Shown piece by piece: positions 17,050-26,035 of a DNA stretch of 34,173 nt (position 1 is its first letter; each line of letters opens with the position of its first letter). The stretch comes from Deltaproteobacteria bacterium (GTDB taxonomy: Bacteria; Myxococcota; JACRCW01). Below the pieces are notes generated by a model. The model saw only the letters and a list, made by a program, of their open reading frames with translations. It did no database searches and was not told where the DNA came from. The translations under genes were made by a program, and so were the position numbers. The DNA lies in the NCBI GenBank assembly GCA_016218805.1, contig JACRCW010000103.1:1-34173 (forward strand). Reading direction: 5' to 3'.

Positions 17050-18311
17050 GCGCGGTGCCGGCACAGAAGCCGCGGCGGCCACGGCTCCGCCAGCTGGGCG
17101 TCACCATTGGACGCTTTCCCACGGGGCGGTTCAACGCCATCACGGACGTCAAGGGCGTGCGCGTGGGCCACGTGACGCTGCTGGAGGGCGAAGGCGGCCC
17201 CGGCAACACGCGCGGCCAGGGACCGGTGCGCACCGGCGTCACCGCCATCCTCCCCAACGACAACATCTACAATGACCGGTTGATGGCCAATGCGTTTGTC
17301 CTCAACGGCGCGGGCGAACTCACCGGCGTCACCCAGCTCAATGAATGGGGCCTGCTGGAAACACCCATCATCCTCACCAACACCCTCAGCGTGGGCCGCG
17401 CGCATGACGGCTGCGTGGACTGGATGGCGCGGCGCTGGACGGAGATTGGCTCCACGGAGGACGTGGTCATCCCCGTGGTGGGCGAATGCGACGACAGCTG
17501 GCTCAATGACGCCCCCGGCCGCCACGTGAAGCCCGAGCACGCGTTCCAGGCGCTGGAGAACGTGGCCCCCGGCCCCGTGCCGGAAGGCAGCGTGGGCGGC
17601 GGCACCGGCATGGTGTGCTGCGAGTTCAAGGGCGGCATTGGCACGTCGTCACGCAAGGTGCCCTCCGAAGCGGGGCACTACACCATCGGCGTGCTGGTGA
17701 TGACCAACTTTGGGTACATGCGGAACCTGCGGATGGACGGCGTGGCCGTGGGGCGCATGCTGGAGCCCGAGTTTGATCACCTGAATAAACGCACCAATTC
17801 GTACGGGTCCATCATCTGCGTGGTGGCCACGGATGCGCCGCTGCTCTCCCCGCAAATCCAGCGTATCTGCAAACGCGCCGCGCTGGGCATCGGCCGCGCG
17901 GGCAGCCACGCGGAGCACGGCAGCGGGGAGATCGTCGTCGGGTTCTCCACCGCCAACAAGGTCCCGCGCGAAACGCGGAAGATGACCACGCGCGTGGAGG
18001 TCCTGCTGGACCCATCGCTGGGCAACCTCTACGAGGCCACGCTGGATGCCACCGAAGAGGCCATCCACAACGCGCTCTGCGCTGCCGACGACATGATCGG
18101 CTTCAATGGCCGCAAAGCGCCCGGTCTCCCGTGGCGCAAAGTGCAGTCCCTCATGGCGCGCTACCGCCCCGGCCAGCCGCCCGCCGCCCTGGTGGACCCC
18201 AACGCTCCCGGTGACGAGGACACGCCGGAGCATGAACCGGTGGATCCTTCGCTGCAGCCGGAATTGCCGCTGGGGCCCATTGACCTCAACGCCAAGCTGG
18301 CTGAGAGCTGA
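17046..18311 (+). CDS. DmpA / peptidase P1 (S58) family aminopeptidase
   Basis: NAITDV.GV.VGH, RTGVTAILP, NGAGELTG, PVVGECDD, EGSVGGGTGM, KGGIGTSSR, autocleavage site G|SIICVVATDAPL, GSGE. 4-nt overlap with the upstream gene. Confidence 0.93.
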   Translation: MSAVPAQKPRRPRLRQLGVTIGRFPTGRFNAITDVKGVRVGHVTLLEGEGGPGNTRGQGPVRTGVTAILPNDNIYNDRLMANAFVLNGAGELTGVTQLNEWGLLETPIILTNTLSVGRAHDGCVDWMARRWTEIGSTEDVVIPVVGECDDSWLNDAPGRHVKPEHAFQALENVAPGPVPEGSVGGGTGMVCCEFKGGIGTSSRKVPSEAGHYTIGVLVMTNFGYMRNLRMDGVAVGRMLEPEFDHLNKRTNSYGSIICVVATDAPLLSPQIQRICKRAALGIGRAGSHAEHGSGEIVVGFSTANKVPRETRKMTTRVEVLLDPSLGNLYEATLDATEEAIHNALCAADDMIGFNGRKAPGLPWRKVQSLMARYRPGQPPAALVDPNAPGDEDTPEHEPVDPSLQPELPLGPIDLNAKLAES

Positions 18312-18602
18312 CGCCCGCTACGCCCGGGTACCAAGCGGATTCACCCTCAGCGTCCCAACGAGGCGGATGCGGGGTCCAACCTCATTGACGTCGACGACGG
18401 AGCGCAGCGACGTCGGCGAGGGGGGGGGGCCGCAGGAGAGCCGCCTGTCTGCACGGCGGCGGGCAGGCGTGCTGCGCAGCGTGCGCGGTCCGCCTTGGAG
18501 GGTCCACCGCGCAGTCCGGATCTCCCGTTGTATTGGCATTCATTGAAATGTATGTGGGCCCATACGATGGGCCGGGCGCGGGTGTATGGTGGCAGTTGTG
18601 AC

Positions 18603-18622
18603 GTGGATACCGCGGTATCCAC
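18603..18622. promoter_or_regulatory. Perfect 20-bp palindrome; candidate activator site for the nos promoter
   Basis: GTGGATACCGCGGTATCCAC is self-complementary and lies about 150 bp upstream of the -24/-12 motif. Confidence 0.5.
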
Positions 18623-18769
18623 CCTCCGGTTCGCGTCGCGCCGGTTTTGTCGCATGAATTGCGCGGCCCCGCCCGGGCGCGTGATGGATGCTGGCTTTCT
18701 TCTCAACGTTCCGTCGCGTCAAACGGGACTTGAGGGCGCAAACCCGAGCCCGCGGCGCGCCCCCTGACT

Positions 18770-18785
18770 TGGCACAACGTCTGCT
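18770..18785 (+). promoter_or_regulatory. Putative sigma54 (-24/-12) promoter of nosZ
   Basis: TGGCACAACGTCTGCT has exact GG-N10-GC spacing and lies 58 nt upstream of the nosZ ATG. Confidence 0.7.
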
Positions 18786-18843
18786 CACGCGGACCGCACC
18801 CCAGGGCGCGCCTGGCGCGACCCGACCATTTTGGAGGAGCACC

Positions 18844-21120
18844 ATGAAACTCGACGGTAGAACGCTGGTTGCAGCGGGCCTGGCCTTTGTGGCCGCCGAC
18901 GCGCTGGCAGCAGATACCCTGCAGGACGTCATCAAGCAGCGTGGCCTCACGCAGCAGGACGTGCTGTCCGCAGCCAAGACCTACGTGCCCACCGGAAAGC
19001 GGGATGAGTTCATCACGTTCAGTTCCGGCGGCCAGAGCGGCTCCGTCATTGTGTACGGCGTGCCCTCCATGCGCATCCTCAAGTACATTGCCGTGTTCAC
19101 GCCGGAACCCTGGCAGGGCTACGGCTTTGACGAAGAATCCAAGAAGGTCCTCAAGGACGGCAACATTGCCGGCCGTGAAATCACCTGGGGCGACACGCAC
19201 CACCCGGCCATCTCGGAGACCAACGGCGCCTACGACGGGCAGTTCCTGTTCATCAACGACAAGGCCAACCCGCGCATTGCCGTCATTGACCTGCGGGACT
19301 TTGAGACCAAGCAGATCATCACCAACCCCGTGTATAAGAACGAGCACGGCGGCGCGTTTGTCACGCCCAACACGGACTGGGTCATTGAGGCCGCGCAGTA
19401 CGCCGCTCCGCTGGAAAACGGATATTTCCCGCTGGAGCAGTTCAACGAGAAGTACCGCGGTGGCGTGACCTACTGGAAGTTTGACCGCGCCAAGGGCCGC
19501 ATTGTGGGTGACCAGTCCTTCTCATTTGAACTGCCGCCGTACAGCCAGGACCTCTCGGATGCCGGCAAGGGCCCGTCTGACGGGTGGGCGTTCACCAACA
19601 GCTTCTGCTCTGAGCGCTACGTGGGCGGCATTGAGCTGGGCCGCCCGCCGTTTGAGGCCGGCTGCTCCGCCAAGGATACCGACTTCCTCCACGTCATGAA
19701 CTACAAGAAGGCCGCCGAGCTGGTGAAGGCCGGCAAGGCCAAGAAGATCAACGGCCACAACGTGCTCCCCATGGACGTGGCGGTGAAGGAGGGCGTGCTG
19801 TTCCTGGTGCCGGAGCCCAAGAGCCCGCACGGTTGTGACGTCACCCCAGACGGCAAGTCCATCATTGTGTCCGGCAAGCTGGACACGCACACCATGGTGT
19901 ACTCGTTTGAGAAGATTCAGGCGGCCATCAAGGCGGGCAAGTTTGAGGGCAAGGACCCGTACGGGATTCCCATCATTTCCATGAAGGACGCGCTGGACAA
20001 GATGGTGGAGATTGGTCTGGGCCCGTTGCACACGCAGTTTGATTCCAAGCCCTGCACTGCGTACACGTCCGTCTACGTGGACAGCCAGGTGGCCAAGTGG
20101 GACTACTGCCAGGGCAAGGTGCTGGACAAGCTGAGCGTGCACTACAACATCGGGCACCTGATGACCATGGAAGGTGACTCGGTCAACCCCAAGGGTCACT
20201 ACCTGGTGGCGCTCAACAAGCTGGCCATTGACCGCTTCAACCCGGTGGGCCCGCTGCACCCGCAGAACCACCAGCTCATTGATATCAGCGGTGACAAGAT
20301 GCAGCTGCTGTATGACATGCCGCTCCCGCTGGGTGAGCCGCATTACGCGGTGGCCATCAAGGCGGACATGCTCAAGCCCGGCGTGCGGTACAAGGTGGGC
20401 ACCAACAGCCGCACGGATGAGAAACACCCCGGAATGGTGCGCGCGGGCGAGGAGAAGATTGTCCGGAGCCCGGGCAAGGTGGAGGTGTTTGGCACGCTGA
20501 TCCGGTCACACATCACGCCGGAGATCATTGAGGTGGAGAAGGGTGATGAGGTCACCATCAACCTGACCAACCTGGAGCGCGCCGAGGACGAAACGCACGG
20601 CTTCACCATCAGCGGCATGAACGTGCACGCGTCCGTGGAGCCGGGCAAGACGGTGAGCGTGAAGCTCAAGGCGGACCGCGAAGGCGTCTTCCCGTACTAC
20701 TGCACCGAGTTCTGCTCCGCGCTGCACCTGGAGATGCAGGGCTATTTCCTGGTCAAACCCAAGGGCTACAAGGCCGCCGCCGCTGCCGCGCAGAAGGCGG
20801 ACTACACCCAGGCGGATTACGAGAAGCAGAAGAAGACCTGCATTGACACGCAGGCTGTCATTGATTCCGTGGTTGGCTACATCACCAGCACCAACTTCAA
20901 GGACTTCCCCGAGGTGGTGGCCATGGTGGAGGACGCGACCGAGCAGTTGAAGGCCGCGGAGCCCTACAAGGCCAAGATGGAAGAGGCCGCCAAGAAGCAG
21001 GACTGGCAGAACGCCACGCTGTGGGCAGGCCAGTGGTGGCAGTACCAGGTCAAGGCGGCGGACATTGGGCTGCGCGCCAAGACCTATCTGGAGCAGAACG
21101 GCGCCAAGAAGGTGAAGTGA
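18844..21120 (+). CDS. nosZ: Nitrous oxide reductase, clade II (Sec-dependent)
   Basis: Sec signal; AAKTY.PTG..DE...FSSGGQSG; seven CuZ His (DTHHP, NEHGG, SPHG, PLHT, IGHL, EPHY); CuA site (THGF, CTEFCSALHLEM); ~120-aa helical C-terminal extension; GGAGGAG RBS. Confidence 0.98.
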   Translation: MKLDGRTLVAAGLAFVAADALAADTLQDVIKQRGLTQQDVLSAAKTYVPTGKRDEFITFSSGGQSGSVIVYGVPSMRILKYIAVFTPEPWQGYGFDEESKKVLKDGNIAGREITWGDTHHPAISETNGAYDGQFLFINDKANPRIAVIDLRDFETKQIITNPVYKNEHGGAFVTPNTDWVIEAAQYAAPLENGYFPLEQFNEKYRGGVTYWKFDRAKGRIVGDQSFSFELPPYSQDLSDAGKGPSDGWAFTNSFCSERYVGGIELGRPPFEAGCSAKDTDFLHVMNYKKAAELVKAGKAKKINGHNVLPMDVAVKEGVLFLVPEPKSPHGCDVTPDGKSIIVSGKLDTHTMVYSFEKIQAAIKAGKFEGKDPYGIPIISMKDALDKMVEIGLGPLHTQFDSKPCTAYTSVYVDSQVAKWDYCQGKVLDKLSVHYNIGHLMTMEGDSVNPKGHYLVALNKLAIDRFNPVGPLHPQNHQLIDISGDKMQLLYDMPLPLGEPHYAVAIKADMLKPGVRYKVGTNSRTDEKHPGMVRAGEEKIVRSPGKVEVFGTLIRSHITPEIIEVEKGDEVTINLTNLERAEDETHGFTISGMNVHASVEPGKTVSVKLKADREGVFPYYCTEFCSALHLEMQGYFLVKPKGYKAAAAAAQKADYTQADYEKQKKTCIDTQAVIDSVVGYITSTNFKDFPEVVAMVEDATEQLKAAEPYKAKMEEAAKKQDWQNATLWAGQWWQYQVKAADIGLRAKTYLEQNGAKKVK

Positions 21121-21166
21121 CCTGAAGGGATGGGTTGTGCAGTGGGCGCAGGACCGCCCGCTGCGC

Positions 21167-21219
21167 AACCGTCCTCCTGCGCCGGTGTCGTCGTGGCACC
21201 GGCGGAGGTGGACGGTTTT
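21167..21219 (+). terminator. Long hairpin with short U-tract downstream of nosZ (possible partial terminator or mRNA stabiliser)
   Basis: AACCGTCC..GCCGGTG / CACCGGC..GGACGGTT followed by TT. Confidence 0.45.
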
Positions 21220-21254
21220 CCCACGAAAACCCTGACCGGGACGGAGACGCTACA

Positions 21255-22022
21255 ATGCGGTGGAATTCATATGCAGTGATGGCGGCCAACCTGGCGCTGG
21301 CCCTGGCGTGCGGCACCCGGACGGATGCGTCAGCTCCGGGAACCGGCACGGCAACCTCCGCCTCCATGCCCGCGCTGGCGCCGCTGCCCGCGCCGGGCGC
21401 GCCGGCTTCCGCCACCGCGCCGCCATCCACCACGCTGGACCCCGTGCTGGTGGCGCAGGGCGCCAAGCTCTTCAATGACCGCACGTGCGTGGCCTGCCAC
21501 GGCAAGGACGCGCAGACGCCGCTGTTGCCCAACTATCCCAAGCTGGCCAGCCAGAACCAGGCGTACATTGAGCAGCAGATGCGCGACATCAAGTCCGGCA
21601 CGCGCGCCAACGGCCAGACCGCCGCCATGAAGGGAATCATGGTGATTGTGGAGGACCGGGAAATCCCGCCGCTGGCCGCCTGGCTGGCCGCGGGCGCGCC
21701 CGGGGCCGCCGCGGGCGCCGCCGGTGGCACGCCAACCCTCGTCATCCAGCCGCCGGACCCGGCGCTGGTGGAGCGGGGCGCCAAGCTGTTTGTGGACCGC
21801 ACGTGCCTGGCCTGCCACGGCAAGGACGCCAAGACGCCCATCATGCCCACCTATCCCAAGGTTGCCGGCCAGAACGCCGCGTATGCCGAGCAGCAGATGC
21901 GCGACATCAAGGCGGGCGTCCGGGCCAACGGTCAGACCGCCGCCATGAAGGGCATCATGCCGTTGGTGGATGACAAGGAAATCCCCGCGTTGGCCGCGTA
22001 CCTGTCCACGCTGCCGCGCTGA
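21255..22022 (+). CDS. Lipoprotein dihaem c-type cytochrome (NosC-like, internally duplicated)
   Basis: Lipobox-like LALALAC; CVACH and CLACH in two near-identical domains with PK(L/V)A.QN..Y...QM.D and distal Met candidates (AAM). Confidence 0.88.
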   Translation: MRWNSYAVMAANLALALACGTRTDASAPGTGTATSASMPALAPLPAPGAPASATAPPSTTLDPVLVAQGAKLFNDRTCVACHGKDAQTPLLPNYPKLASQNQAYIEQQMRDIKSGTRANGQTAAMKGIMVIVEDREIPPLAAWLAAGAPGAAAGAAGGTPTLVIQPPDPALVERGAKLFVDRTCLACHGKDAKTPIMPTYPKVAGQNAAYAEQQMRDIKAGVRANGQTAAMKGIMPLVDDKEIPALAAYLSTLPR

Positions 22023-22089
22023 AGCGTGAGCGGGCCCATCACCCCGCGCATGACTAAATAACAACAACGGCTCCAAGGAAGGAATACCG

Positions 22090-22806
22090 ATGAATCACAC
22101 CAAGCCGCTCCTGATTACCAGCCTCGTGGTTCTCTTTGCCGGCGGGTTGCTGGCGCAGAAGCCCCAGCCCAAGGCCGCCGGCATTGAGGCGCAAGGCTAC
22201 AAGTGGAACGCCGAATACGGCGAGAAGATGGAGGCCATGAAGAAGAAGGGTGACGTGACGGCGGGCGAAGAGGCCTACGAGACCTGCGCCGCCTGCCACC
22301 TCCCCAGTGGCGCCGGGCGCCCGGACGGGACGTTCCCGCAGCTTGCCGGGCAGCACCCCTCCGTGGTCATCAAACAGATTGCCGACATCCGCGCCGGCCT
22401 GCGCGACAACCCCATCATGTACCCGTTTGCGATTACGCTGACGGACCCGCAGCAGCTGGCCAACGTCTCCGCGTACATCCAGTCTCTCCCCATTCCGCAT
22501 GACAACGGCAAGGGCCCGGGCGCGGAGCTGGCCACCGGCAAGCGTCTGTATGAGCGTGACTGCCAGACCTGCCACGGCGCCAACGGCGAGGGCGACGCGA
22601 GCAAGTTCTACCCGGTGCTGGCCGGACAGCACTACAAGTACATGCTGCGCCAGGCCACGGACATCCGCGACGGACGGCGGCGCAACGCCAACCCGGACAT
22701 GGTGAAAGTGATCAAGCCGTATACCGACAAGGATATCGACGCGATTGTCGACTACATGTCGCGCCTGCAGATGCCCGACAAGAAAGCCGCTGCAAAGAAG
22801 AAGTAA
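22090..22806 (+). CDS. Dihaem cytochrome c4-type protein (NosC-like)
   Basis: Sec signal; CAACH and CQTCH; two P.LAGQH motifs. Confidence 0.92.
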   Translation: MNHTKPLLITSLVVLFAGGLLAQKPQPKAAGIEAQGYKWNAEYGEKMEAMKKKGDVTAGEEAYETCAACHLPSGAGRPDGTFPQLAGQHPSVVIKQIADIRAGLRDNPIMYPFAITLTDPQQLANVSAYIQSLPIPHDNGKGPGAELATGKRLYERDCQTCHGANGEGDASKFYPVLAGQHYKYMLRQATDIRDGRRRNANPDMVKVIKPYTDKDIDAIVDYMSRLQMPDKKAAAKKK

Positions 22807-22868
22807 CCGCGCGCCCCGGCACCGGGGCGCCCCCGGGCAGTTCCGACGTCGCGCCGGGGTCACGGGGG

Positions 22869-23867
22869 ATGGAGGAGCTGGACATGACACCCCGTTCGTC
22901 GCCCCTTGCCAGCGTTCTTGCCGTGGTGGCCGGGCTGGTCATGGCCACCGCCTATTTCACTCCTGTGTGGTGGGTGTCCCTCACCGCGCCCAACTACCCG
23001 GTGGACCGCTTCCCGGATGGGATCCGGATCCACTTTGGGTTTGAAGGCGTGAGCAACGGCTGCACCACGGCCGCCAAGACCAGCCGCGTGGCGCAGGAGA
23101 CGCAGCAGGAGGACCTGGGCTGGCGCTCTGACGAGGAGAAACCCGCGCCGGAGAAGAAATCCGCGGAATCCGGCGGCGCGCTGGACTGCGTCCATGAAAT
23201 GAACACCATCAACCATTACGTGGGAATGCGGCCCATTGGCGTGGGCGCGCCGGTGGAGCGCAACCTCAGTCGCTACATACTTGGGATGTTTGGTGTGATG
23301 ATCCTGGGGTTTGCACTGCGGAACCGGCGCGCGCGCGTGGTGACGCTGGGCGCCGGGTTTGGCGTGGTGGCGGCGTGGATGGTGGTGGACCAGTTTGTGC
23401 GCGGGCGGCTGGCGGCGGTGGTCACGGAGTACACGGAGGAAGCGGGCAAGTACTTCCGCGAGGCGGAGAAGATCACCGCGTGGGGTGAGACGCTGCACAC
23501 CGTCGCCGTGGCGGTGGTGCTGGTGCTGATTGCGCTGATGGCATTCATGGTGTTTGCCGCCTGGCGGTGGCACGGGTTCCAGCTGGCGCTGGGGATTGTT
23601 CCCGCGCTGCTGCCGCTGTTCTTTGTGGCGGCGTACGCGGCGTGGTTGTGGTTCTTTGGTCACACCATGCACCCGTGGGGCGCTTTCACGTTGAAACCGT
23701 TCATGCCCACGGTGTTTGGTGACGGGATGGTGGCGCAGTTCAGCACGCATTCCTACCCGCACTACGGGTTTGGGTTGCTGGCGCTGTCTTCCGTGCTGCT
23801 GCTGGTGGCGGTGGCGCGCCGCCGCCTGGAGCTGATGGATGAACCCGCCGCCCCGGTGGCCGGATAG
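22869..23867 (+). CDS. nosB: NosB-like membrane protein of clade II nos clusters
   Basis: WWVSL.APNYP..FPDG, EMNTINHYVGM, WLWFFGH.M, KPFMPTVFG.G.VAQF.THSYP..G. ATG 22884 is an alternative start. Confidence 0.85.
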   Translation: MEELDMTPRSSPLASVLAVVAGLVMATAYFTPVWWVSLTAPNYPVDRFPDGIRIHFGFEGVSNGCTTAAKTSRVAQETQQEDLGWRSDEEKPAPEKKSAESGGALDCVHEMNTINHYVGMRPIGVGAPVERNLSRYILGMFGVMILGFALRNRRARVVTLGAGFGVVAAWMVVDQFVRGRLAAVVTEYTEEAGKYFREAEKITAWGETLHTVAVAVVLVLIALMAFMVFAAWRWHGFQLALGIVPALLPLFFVAAYAAWLWFFGHTMHPWGAFTLKPFMPTVFGDGMVAQFSTHSYPHYGFGLLALSSVLLLVAVARRRLELMDEPAAPVAG

Positions 23868-23870
23868 CGC

Positions 23871-25193
23871 ATGCGGCAGGCGGCCTGGGCCCTGGGATTG
23901 CTGGTGTCAGCCTGGGCCGTGCTGGCGGACACGGAGAAGCATGATGACATGGCGCCCGCCGCCGCGGGCGCGTGGGGCGCATCCTGGGAGCCGTCCCAGC
24001 GGCCCGCGGGCCCGGCGGACCCGTCCCTGCCCTGGTTCCAGAAGCTGGTGGATGACGCGCCCGCGGGCAGCGTCCTCAAGCCGCCTCCCGGCCGCTACTC
24101 CGGACCCGTGCTCATGCAGAAGGTGCTCACCATTGAGGGCGCCGGCGTCACCATTGATGGCGGCGGCAAGGGCACCGTGTTTGTTGCGGACGTCAGCGGC
24201 GCCACCCTGCGCGGGCTCACGTTCACCGGGTCGGGTGATTCGCATTCCACCGACGACGCGTGCCTCAACCTGCGCGGGAACGGCAACACGCTGCAGGAAA
24301 ACGTGTTTGAGGATTGCCTGTTCGGGATTGACCTCAAACAGGCCAACCGCAACGCGGTGGTGGGCAACCGCATCCGCTCCAAACGCGTGCCGCTGGGCCT
24401 GCGCGGGGACGCCATCCGCCTGTGGTACAGCAAGGACAACCGCGTGGAGGGTAACGTCGTCACCGATTCGCGCGATGTGGTGGTGTGGTACTCCGACGGG
24501 AACATCATCAAGGGGAACACCGGGACCGGGAGCCGGTATTCGCTGCATTTCATGTTTGCGCAGCACAATGTGGTGGTGGACAACCGGTACGACAACAACT
24601 CCGTGGGAATCTACGTGATGTACACGCAGGGCGTGGAGATCCGGAACAACGTGATTTCACGGTCCGCTGGACCCACGGGGATGGGCATTGGCTTCAAGGA
24701 GGCCAGCAGCTCCGTGGTCAGCGGCAACACCCTCATCTACTGCGCCGTGGGTATCTCCTCGGACCTCTCTCCGGACGAGCCGGATACCACCATTGAGATC
24801 TCGGACAACCGCATTGCGTACAACGGCGTGGGCCTGTCCATTGTGGGCAACAAGACGGGCACGGTGATCATGCGCAACGTGTTTGAAGGCAACATTGACC
24901 AGGTGTCCCAGAGCGGCGGCGGCAGCGCCATGCACAACACGTGGAAGGGAAACTACTGGGATGATTACCAGGGGTTTGACCGGAACCGTGACGACGTGGG
25001 GGACACGCCCTATGAACTGTACGCGTACACGGACCGCATCTGGATGGAGATGCCGGTGGCGCGCTTCTTCAAGAACGCGCCATTGATGGAGGCCATTGAT
25101 TTCCTGGAGCGCCTGGCGCCGTTCTCCACGCCGGATCTGCTGGTGAAGGATGAACAGCCGCTGTTTGTCCGGCCCCACGGAGGTCACCCATGA
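23871..25193 (+). CDS. nosD: Nitrous oxide reductase maturation protein NosD
   Basis: Signal peptide, beta-helix (CASH) repeats, RGDAIRLWYS, RYSLHFMF, GNYWDDYQGFD...VGDTPY; H/M/M triad intact. Confidence 0.95.
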   Translation: MRQAAWALGLLVSAWAVLADTEKHDDMAPAAAGAWGASWEPSQRPAGPADPSLPWFQKLVDDAPAGSVLKPPPGRYSGPVLMQKVLTIEGAGVTIDGGGKGTVFVADVSGATLRGLTFTGSGDSHSTDDACLNLRGNGNTLQENVFEDCLFGIDLKQANRNAVVGNRIRSKRVPLGLRGDAIRLWYSKDNRVEGNVVTDSRDVVVWYSDGNIIKGNTGTGSRYSLHFMFAQHNVVVDNRYDNNSVGIYVMYTQGVEIRNNVISRSAGPTGMGIGFKEASSSVVSGNTLIYCAVGISSDLSPDEPDTTIEISDNRIAYNGVGLSIVGNKTGTVIMRNVFEGNIDQVSQSGGGSAMHNTWKGNYWDDYQGFDRNRDDVGDTPYELYAYTDRIWMEMPVARFFKNAPLMEAIDFLERLAPFSTPDLLVKDEQPLFVRPHGGHP

Positions 25194-26035
25194 GCGAGCC
25201 CGTCAACAACGGTGGCAAGCCGGCCCCCGCGCCAGGTGGCAAACGCCAGCAGGAGGAGCGCCGCAAGTTCCTGCGCGCGGCGGTGGTGGGAACGGGTGTC
25301 GTCGGGTTTTCGCTGGCCGGGTTCCTCCCCGTGCTGGAGGATGACCACGGCCGCCGGCTGCGCCCACCCGGCGCGCTGGATGAAAAGGACTTCCTGGCCG
25401 CGTGCATCAAGTGCGGCCAGTGCGTGCAGGTGTGCCCCGTGGAGGCGATCCACCCGGCGGACCTGTGGGACGGGTTTGGCGTGGGCGTCCCGTTCATCGA
25501 TCCGCGCAAGCAGGCGTGCGACTTTGCGTGCGACGTGGGGCAGTGCATCCTGGCGTGCCCGACGGGTGCGCTGGAATACCGAAAGCCCGCGTTCCTGGCT
25601 GTGCGCCCCGGCGCCCAACTGCCCGCGCCGCCGGTGCTGCTGGCCAAGGAGAATGACCCCAACCCCACGCTGCAATTCAAGGAGCGCATGGGCGTGGCGC
25701 GGCTGGACCGCCCGGATGCGTGCCTCTCCGTGCTTGGAAAGGGCGTGAAAGGCCCCGCGCGAGGTGAGAGCTTCCGCGGATTGAAGCGCTACACGGACGT
25801 GGACCGCTGGAACCCGGTGCGCGTGCGCGAACACCCGTACGACCTGGAACGCTGTGACCTGTGCGTGCGCGAGTGCCCGATCAAGGGCGCCATCAGCATC
25901 CAGGCGGACGATACCGGGCGCCTCACGCCCACGGTGCACGCGGAATGCGTGGGCTGCGGCGTGTGTCAGATGATGTGCCCGGTGGAGCCGGCAGCCATTG
26001 TGGTGGACGCGCGCGGAACGTGGGGAGGTGCGTGA
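25190..26035 (+). CDS. nosG: NapG/MauM-family periplasmic polyferredoxin
   Basis: Tat motif RRKFL, LRPPGA, CIKCGQCVQVCP, CDLCVRECP, CVGCGVCQMMCP. Confidence 0.9.
   Translation: MSEPVNNGGKPAPAPGGKRQQEERRKFLRAAVVGTGVVGFSLAGFLPVLEDDHGRRLRPPGALDEKDFLAACIKCGQCVQVCPVEAIHPADLWDGFGVGVPFIDPRKQACDFACDVGQCILACPTGALEYRKPAFLAVRPGAQLPAPPVLLAKENDPNPTLQFKERMGVARLDRPDACLSVLGKGVKGPARGESFRGLKRYTDVDRWNPVRVREHPYDLERCDLCVRECPIKGAISIQADDTGRLTPTVHAECVGCGVCQMMCPVEPAAIVVDARGTWGGA

Noticed and set aside
18318..18539. 73-aa minus-strand ORF with a G10 run (18420-18429) as a phase-variable gene or pseudogene
   Set aside because: No recognisable motif and weak codon bias; it cannot be supported without a homology search.
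18688..18843. Longer NosZ N-terminus containing RR as a Tat signal
   Set aside because: A strong RBS and Sec signal begin at 18844, and the extension overlaps the putative sigma54 promoter.
18844..21120. NosZ as a haem-fused cNosZ or a highly divergent new clade
   Set aside because: There is no CxxCH, and all canonical clade II CuZ/CuA motifs are present.
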